14,378 nt of DNA. Source: a virus. Its lineage: Duplodnaviria; Heunggongvirae; Uroviricota; Caudoviricetes. Shown in pieces: positions 9,106-14,378 of the stretch. The notes below the pieces were generated by a model. The model saw only the letters and a program-made list of their open reading frames with translations, was not told where the DNA came from and did no database searches. Location: IMG/VR virus record IMGVR_UViG_2721755663_000005. One strand, written 5' to 3'. Each line of letters starts with the position of its first letter. Position 1 is the stretch's first letter. A program made the position numbers and the translations under genes.

Positions 9106-10941
9106 TTACCTGCCAAAGCGCGTATAGCCAACATCATGGCTGACATCAAAACCGCTGGATCGCGTTTCCATAACCCGCATACCCGGAGGCGAATTCACAA
9201 AAGAGACCTTGATCTCACCATCAACTTTTGGCGCAGAAGCTTTGTTAATCATGAAGGGATTCGGGCCTGTGGCACCGGAGGCGTTGTTTGACTGAGCCGG
9301 ATCTACCGCCTGATAAGGTGTGTATCCCCGTGCCGGTATTCCCGTCCCATAAGCATCATAAGCACCCGCGCCCCACTGCGCAGAGTTAATGGCATCGACC
9401 GTGTCACCGGAACTGTCGGTAAACCACTCAATAATTGGCTTCAGTTTGTCCCACATATCCTGAAACCACTTAACAACCGGTCCCCAGTTATTGATTACCA
9501 TCCCCAGCGGCGACCAGGCAAAAACCATCTTCAGAAGTTCCCAGCCAGCCTCAAAATAAGGACCAATGGTTTCCCAGAGCTTCTTGAAATAAGGTCCGAC
9601 AACATCCCAGTTAGTGATAATTAATCCCGCAGCCAGGGCTATCGCCGTCGCAATCATTCCAATCGGCGTCATCGACATGATCCTGCTGACAATACTGATG
9701 GCACCGCCAACGCCCATCAATCCCAGTTTCAGAATCGCAAGACCGGCAGCAAGCCCGACGACGCCGCGAATAACCCGGGGATTTTCATCCGCAAACTTCG
9801 TGAATTTTTCCCCTAACTCCCCCAGCCATTGCGTGATATTTTTGGCGTCACCAGAAAATGCGCCGCCAATAGCCGCAAGGCCGTTAGTTGCGGTCCCCGT
9901 CATTGCCTCCCACAGGTTGGACAGCGTACCAAGCTGGGCCTGAACACGTTTATTCAGGCTGGCCTGTTTATTCATCTTCTGCTGGATCTGATCGTAGCCA
10001 TCCTTTCCTTTATCGATTAGTGCATTGACCACCTGAAGGGTTTCGGCATCATCACCAAATATTGCCTTAAGTACACCTGTTCGCTTAACGTCGGTCAGTT
10101 TTCGCAGCTTTGCCAGTTGCCTGAACATGTTATCAAGACCGCCAAAACTTCCTTTGCCGTCAGTAAAATCGAGCTGTACCCCGAGTTTCTGGCGGGCCAT
10201 GATTTTATTGACGTCCCTGATTTTCTTAACGCTTAATCCGGACTGGATAACTTTTCGCAGGGCGTTACCTGCCGACTCCCCGTTCATCCCCATCTGATCC
10301 ATCATGACGCTGATGGGGGCAAGGCTCTGTGCAGCCTGAAGACCGTCCTTGTTCACCATCTTCAGAACAGAGCTGGTTTTAGTGAAGAAGGACAACATGT
10401 TGGTATCGTCAACACCCAGATAAAACGCCTTCTGGATAGTGTCGAACAGCCCCATCATGTCTTCTGACGCCGTTCCGGTAGCATCCTGCATCTTTGCAGC
10501 AAACTCAGCAGCCGCTTCCGGTGTTTTTTTCAGTTGTACCGCAAGATAAGCTGTCGCTTTACCCACACCACCCAGAATGTTTTCTGCCGGGATCCCCTGA
10601 CGCACCAGCATCTGCATCATGTTCTGGAAATCAGCCGTTGTACCGGGTAGCTGGTTACCCAGGCCAATAGCCAGTTTATTGATGTCCTGAAAGCTCTTTC
10701 CAACCTCGCCGTTCGCATCCATCATGGCGACTTTCAGCCCGGTGGCGGCGTTTTCCTGATCGGCATAAGATTTCAGGGAAAGCGTCAGACCCGCTGCCAG
10801 TCCGCCACCAAGCGCCAGCCCACCCTGTGACGCTTCTTCCGCCTGGCGTTTAAATCCCCGGATTTTCTTTTGCATTTTCGACAGCGCGGGAGAAAGCCTG
10901 TCGACACCGGTGATCAACGCCTTAAGCTCAAATTCAGCCAT
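9106..10941 (-). CDS. Tail tape measure protein
   Basis: 611-aa ORF with Ala/Gly-rich helical N-terminal region and hydrophobic C-terminal segments typical of tape measure proteins. Positioned immediately upstream of N as in Mu (gp42); AGGAGA ribosome-binding site upstream of the ATG. Confidence 0.75.
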   Translation of the reverse strand: MAEFELKALITGVDRLSPALSKMQKKIRGFKRQAEEASQGGLALGGGLAAGLTLSLKSYADQENAATGLKVAMMDANGEVGKSFQDINKLAIGLGNQLPGTTADFQNMMQMLVRQGIPAENILGGVGKATAYLAVQLKKTPEAAAEFAAKMQDATGTASEDMMGLFDTIQKAFYLGVDDTNMLSFFTKTSSVLKMVNKDGLQAAQSLAPISVMMDQMGMNGESAGNALRKVIQSGLSVKKIRDVNKIMARQKLGVQLDFTDGKGSFGGLDNMFRQLAKLRKLTDVKRTGVLKAIFGDDAETLQVVNALIDKGKDGYDQIQQKMNKQASLNKRVQAQLGTLSNLWEAMTGTATNGLAAIGGAFSGDAKNITQWLGELGEKFTKFADENPRVIRGVVGLAAGLAILKLGLMGVGGAISIVSRIMSMTPIGMIATAIALAAGLIITNWDVVGPYFKKLWETIGPYFEAGWELLKMVFAWSPLGMVINNWGPVVKWFQDMWDKLKPIIEWFTDSSGDTVDAINSAQWGAGAYDAYGTGIPARGYTPYQAVDPAQSNNASGATGPNPFMINKASAPKVDGEIKVSFVNSPPGMRVMETRSSGFDVSHDVGYTRFGR

Positions 10942-11116
10942 GTGTGCGTTTCTCCTGCTCTATCCTGTTTGCCTGACTGACCAGTAAGGGAATTTCACTG
11001 ATCGGCATATTCAGCAATTCGAAAGGATTAATGCGCCAGTAGCTGGCGCAGTCAAAGAAGCGATCAGTGAGGTATTCAGCCGTCAGGCCTGGAGGAAAAA
11101 ACCAGCCACAAGCCAC
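10934..11116 (-). pseudogene. 5'-truncated phage gene fragment, possibly tail assembly chaperone (Mu gp41 position), cut by the IS911-like element
   Basis: Open frame runs to the very edge of the IS at 11116 with no credible native start; the ORF track opens it on GTG. 8-nt overlap with the tape-measure start. Confidence 0.4.
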
Positions 11117-11188
11117 TGAAGTGGTTTACTGAATTTGGCCACCTGAACAGAGGTGATATGCTCACCTCAGAACAACACAGGTGCCATA

Positions 11189-12338
<1,150 letters not shown>

Positions 12339-12368
12339 CTCGGTGGCCAGTTTTTGTTGACCACTTCA

Positions 12369-12920
12369 GTTGTTGAATTTGCACTTGCAACAGGCTTAAG
12401 ACGCTCGAACATCATCAACCTTGAATGGCAACAAATAGACATGCAGCGCCGGGTGGCATGGATAAACCCGGAAGAGAGTAAATCAAACCGCGCAATTGGC
12501 GTTGCGCTGAATGATACTGCATGTCGCGTATTGAAAAAACAAATCGGGAATCATCACCGTTGGGTATTTGTGTACAAGGAAAGCTGTACCAAACCAGACG
12601 GAACGAAAGCGCCAACAGTCAGGAAGATGCGGTATGACGCAAACACAGCCTGGAAAGCGGCGCTGAGACGGGCTGGTATTGATGATTTCAGATTTCACGA
12701 CTTGAGACACACCTGGGCAAGTTGGCTGGTTCAAGCCGGAGTCCCGTTGTCAGTGTTACAGGAAATGGGAGGCTGGGAGTCTATCGAAATGGTTCGTCGA
12801 TATGCTCACCTTGCACCTAATCACCTTACCGAACACGCACGGCAAATAGACTCGATCCTAAACCCATCGGTCCCAAATTTGTCCCAGTCAAAAAATAAGG
12901 AAGGCACTAATGATGTGTAA
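12369..12920 (+). pseudogene. Tyrosine recombinase (phage integrase), C-terminal catalytic-domain fragment, 5'-truncated by the IS911-like element
   Basis: Catalytic signature present: [15 protein letters not shown] (box I Arg), HDLRHTWAS (His-x-x-Arg), MVRRYAHL (Tyr). Only about 183 integrase-derived codons remain; the first five codons of the ORF-track ORF come from the IS terminus. The gene ends 14 bp from the tRNA 3' end and reads toward it. Confidence 0.8.
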
Positions 12921-12934
12921 CTTATTGATTTAAA

Positions 12935-13010
12935 TGGTGCCGATAATAGGAGTCGAACCTACGACCTTCGCATTACGAATGCGCTGCTCTACCAACTGAG
13001 CTATATCGGC
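12935..13010 (-). tRNA. thrW: tRNA-Thr (anticodon CGU)
   Basis: Reverse complement reads GCCGATATAGCTCAGTTGGTAGAGCAGCGCATTCGTAATGCGAAGGTCGTAGGTTCGACTCCTATTATCGGCACCA: 76 nt, cloverleaf-compatible, encoded CCA, anticodon loop TTCGTAA. Located downstream of proA as thrW is in E. coli. Confidence 0.9.
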
Positions 13011-13062
13011 CCTGAAAGGACATGTTCACGAACGTGAATCACGGTGGGCAAGGTTAAAACTA

Positions 13063-13119
13063 ACCGGGCGATGCGTCAATGGCCTTGTGAATCAAATGGC
13101 TACTTTTGCATCACCCGGT
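13063..13119 (-). repeat. Inverted repeat in the proA-thrW intergenic region
   Basis: 12-nt arms ACCGGGCGATGC (13063..13074) and GCATCACCCGGT (13108..13119), complementary with one G.U position, separated by 33 nt. On the minus-strand transcript the 3' arm is followed by UAGUUUUAA. Could be the proBA terminator or thrW leader structure. Confidence 0.3.
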
Positions 13120-13124
13120 TTTAT

Positions 13125-14378
13125 TTACGCACGAATGGTGTAATCACCAATGCCGATCCACTTGTAAGTGGTCAGTGCTTCCAGCCCCATTGGGCCACGC
13201 GCGTGGAGTTTTTGTGTGCTTACCGCCACTTCCGCACCCAGACCAAACTGGCCGCCGTCGGTAAAACGCGTAGAGGCGTTAACGTAAACAGCGGACGAAT
13301 CCACTTCGTTAACAAAACGCTGGGCGTTGCGCATATCGCGGGTCAGGATCGCATCGGAGTGTTGTGTGCCGTGTTCACGAATATGGGCGATGGCATCGTC
13401 AAGATCGCTGACGATTTTGACGTTCAAATCTAATGACAGAAACTCATCGTCATACTCTTCGGCTTTAACAGCAACCACCTTCGCAGGGCCTGCCTGCAAC
13501 TGCGCCAGTGCAGCTGCATCTGCGTGTAATGTCACGCCGCTTTCCGCCATTTGTTTGCTTAATGCGGGCAGGAAGCTATCGGCGATGTTTTTATTCACCA
13601 GCAACGTTTCAACCGTATTACATGTGCTCGGACGCTGAGTTTTCGCGTTGACGATCACTTTTAATGCTTCAGCGATCTCTACACTTTCATCAACGTAAAT
13701 ATGGCATACGCCTATACCACCTGTGATCACCGGGATTGTCGACTGTTCACGGCACAGTTTATGCAAACCAGCGCCACCACGCGGGATCAGCATGTCGATG
13801 TATTTATCCATACGCAGCATTTCACTGACCAGCGCACGGTCAGGATTATCAATCGCCTGCACGGCACCCGCCGGTAAGCCGCAGGATTTCAGGGCGTCCT
13901 GAATCACCGCCACCGTTGCAGCGTTAGTGCGACACGTTTCTTTGCCACCGCGCAGGATCACCGCATTACCGGTTTTCAGGCACAGCGAAGCGACATCAAC
14001 CGTCACGTTCGGGCGCGCTTCATAAATCACGCCAATAACCCCCAGCGGTACGCGACGACGCTCAAGACGCAGGCCGCTGTCCAGTACGCCGCCATCGATT
14101 ACCTGCCCCACCGGATCGGCGAGGTTGCACACCTGACGTACATCGTCGGCAATGCCTTTCAGCCGTGCGGGCGTCAGTGCCAGACGGTCAAGCATCGCTT
14201 CGCTAAGGCCATTGGCTCGCGCGTCAGCAACATCCTGGGCGTTAGCGTTGAGGATGATTTCGCTTTGTGCTTCCAGTTCATCGGCGATTTTTTCCAGCAC
14301 GCGATTTTTTTCGCGGCTGGAGAGTTGCGCTAATTTATACGAGGCTTGCTTCGCGGCAATGCCCATTTGTTCCAGCAT
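13125..14378 (-). CDS. proA: Gamma-glutamyl phosphate reductase
   Basis: Full-length 417-aa [33 protein letters not shown]...GDYTIRA, which I recognise as E. coli-type ProA. The start codon is the last three bases of the window. Confidence 0.95.

Noticed and set aside
9614-10020. Plus-strand ORFs inside the tape measure gene
   Set aside because: Antisense shadow ORFs of the tape measure coding sequence.
13024-13037. Palindrome TTCACGaaCGTGAA just upstream of the tRNA 5' end
   Set aside because: Six-base arms with a short spacer are expected by chance several times in 14 kb; no second copy or known operator consensus recognised.
13044-13638. Plus-strand ORFs 13044..13433 and 13327..13638
   Set aside because: Antisense to proA, whose translation is an unambiguous full-length ProA.

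Overview
The window is the thrW-proximal end of a decayed prophage next to a core chromosomal locus (enterobacterial, E. coli/Shigella-like), and I see no undescribed system in it. From right to left: a complete proA (minus strand), tRNA-Thr(CGU) (thrW-like), a C-terminal tyrosine-integrase fragment reading toward the tRNA, and an IS911-like IS3-family element with decayed orfA/orfB and no target-site duplication. Left of that lies a Mu-like distal tail module on the minus strand: a 5'-truncated fragment, tape measure, DNA-circulation protein N, a P (gp44)-like baseplate gene, gp45/V-like spike, gp46, J-like gp47, gp48, a short tail fibre and a lambda-Tfa-type assembly chaperone. The P-like gene is split by a 2455-bp IS66-family element (4830..7284) flanked by a perfect 8-bp duplication GATCAGGC, and that element's own transposase carries a frameshift. 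Unassigned stretches are all short (1..235 and the small intergenic gaps), so there is no room for a hidden multi-gene system. The most informative observations are the two IS events, one a simple insertion and one a probable deletion junction, and the mosaic AT-rich host-range cassette at the left edge. All calls rest on reading the sequence and on recalled family signatures; no database search was run.
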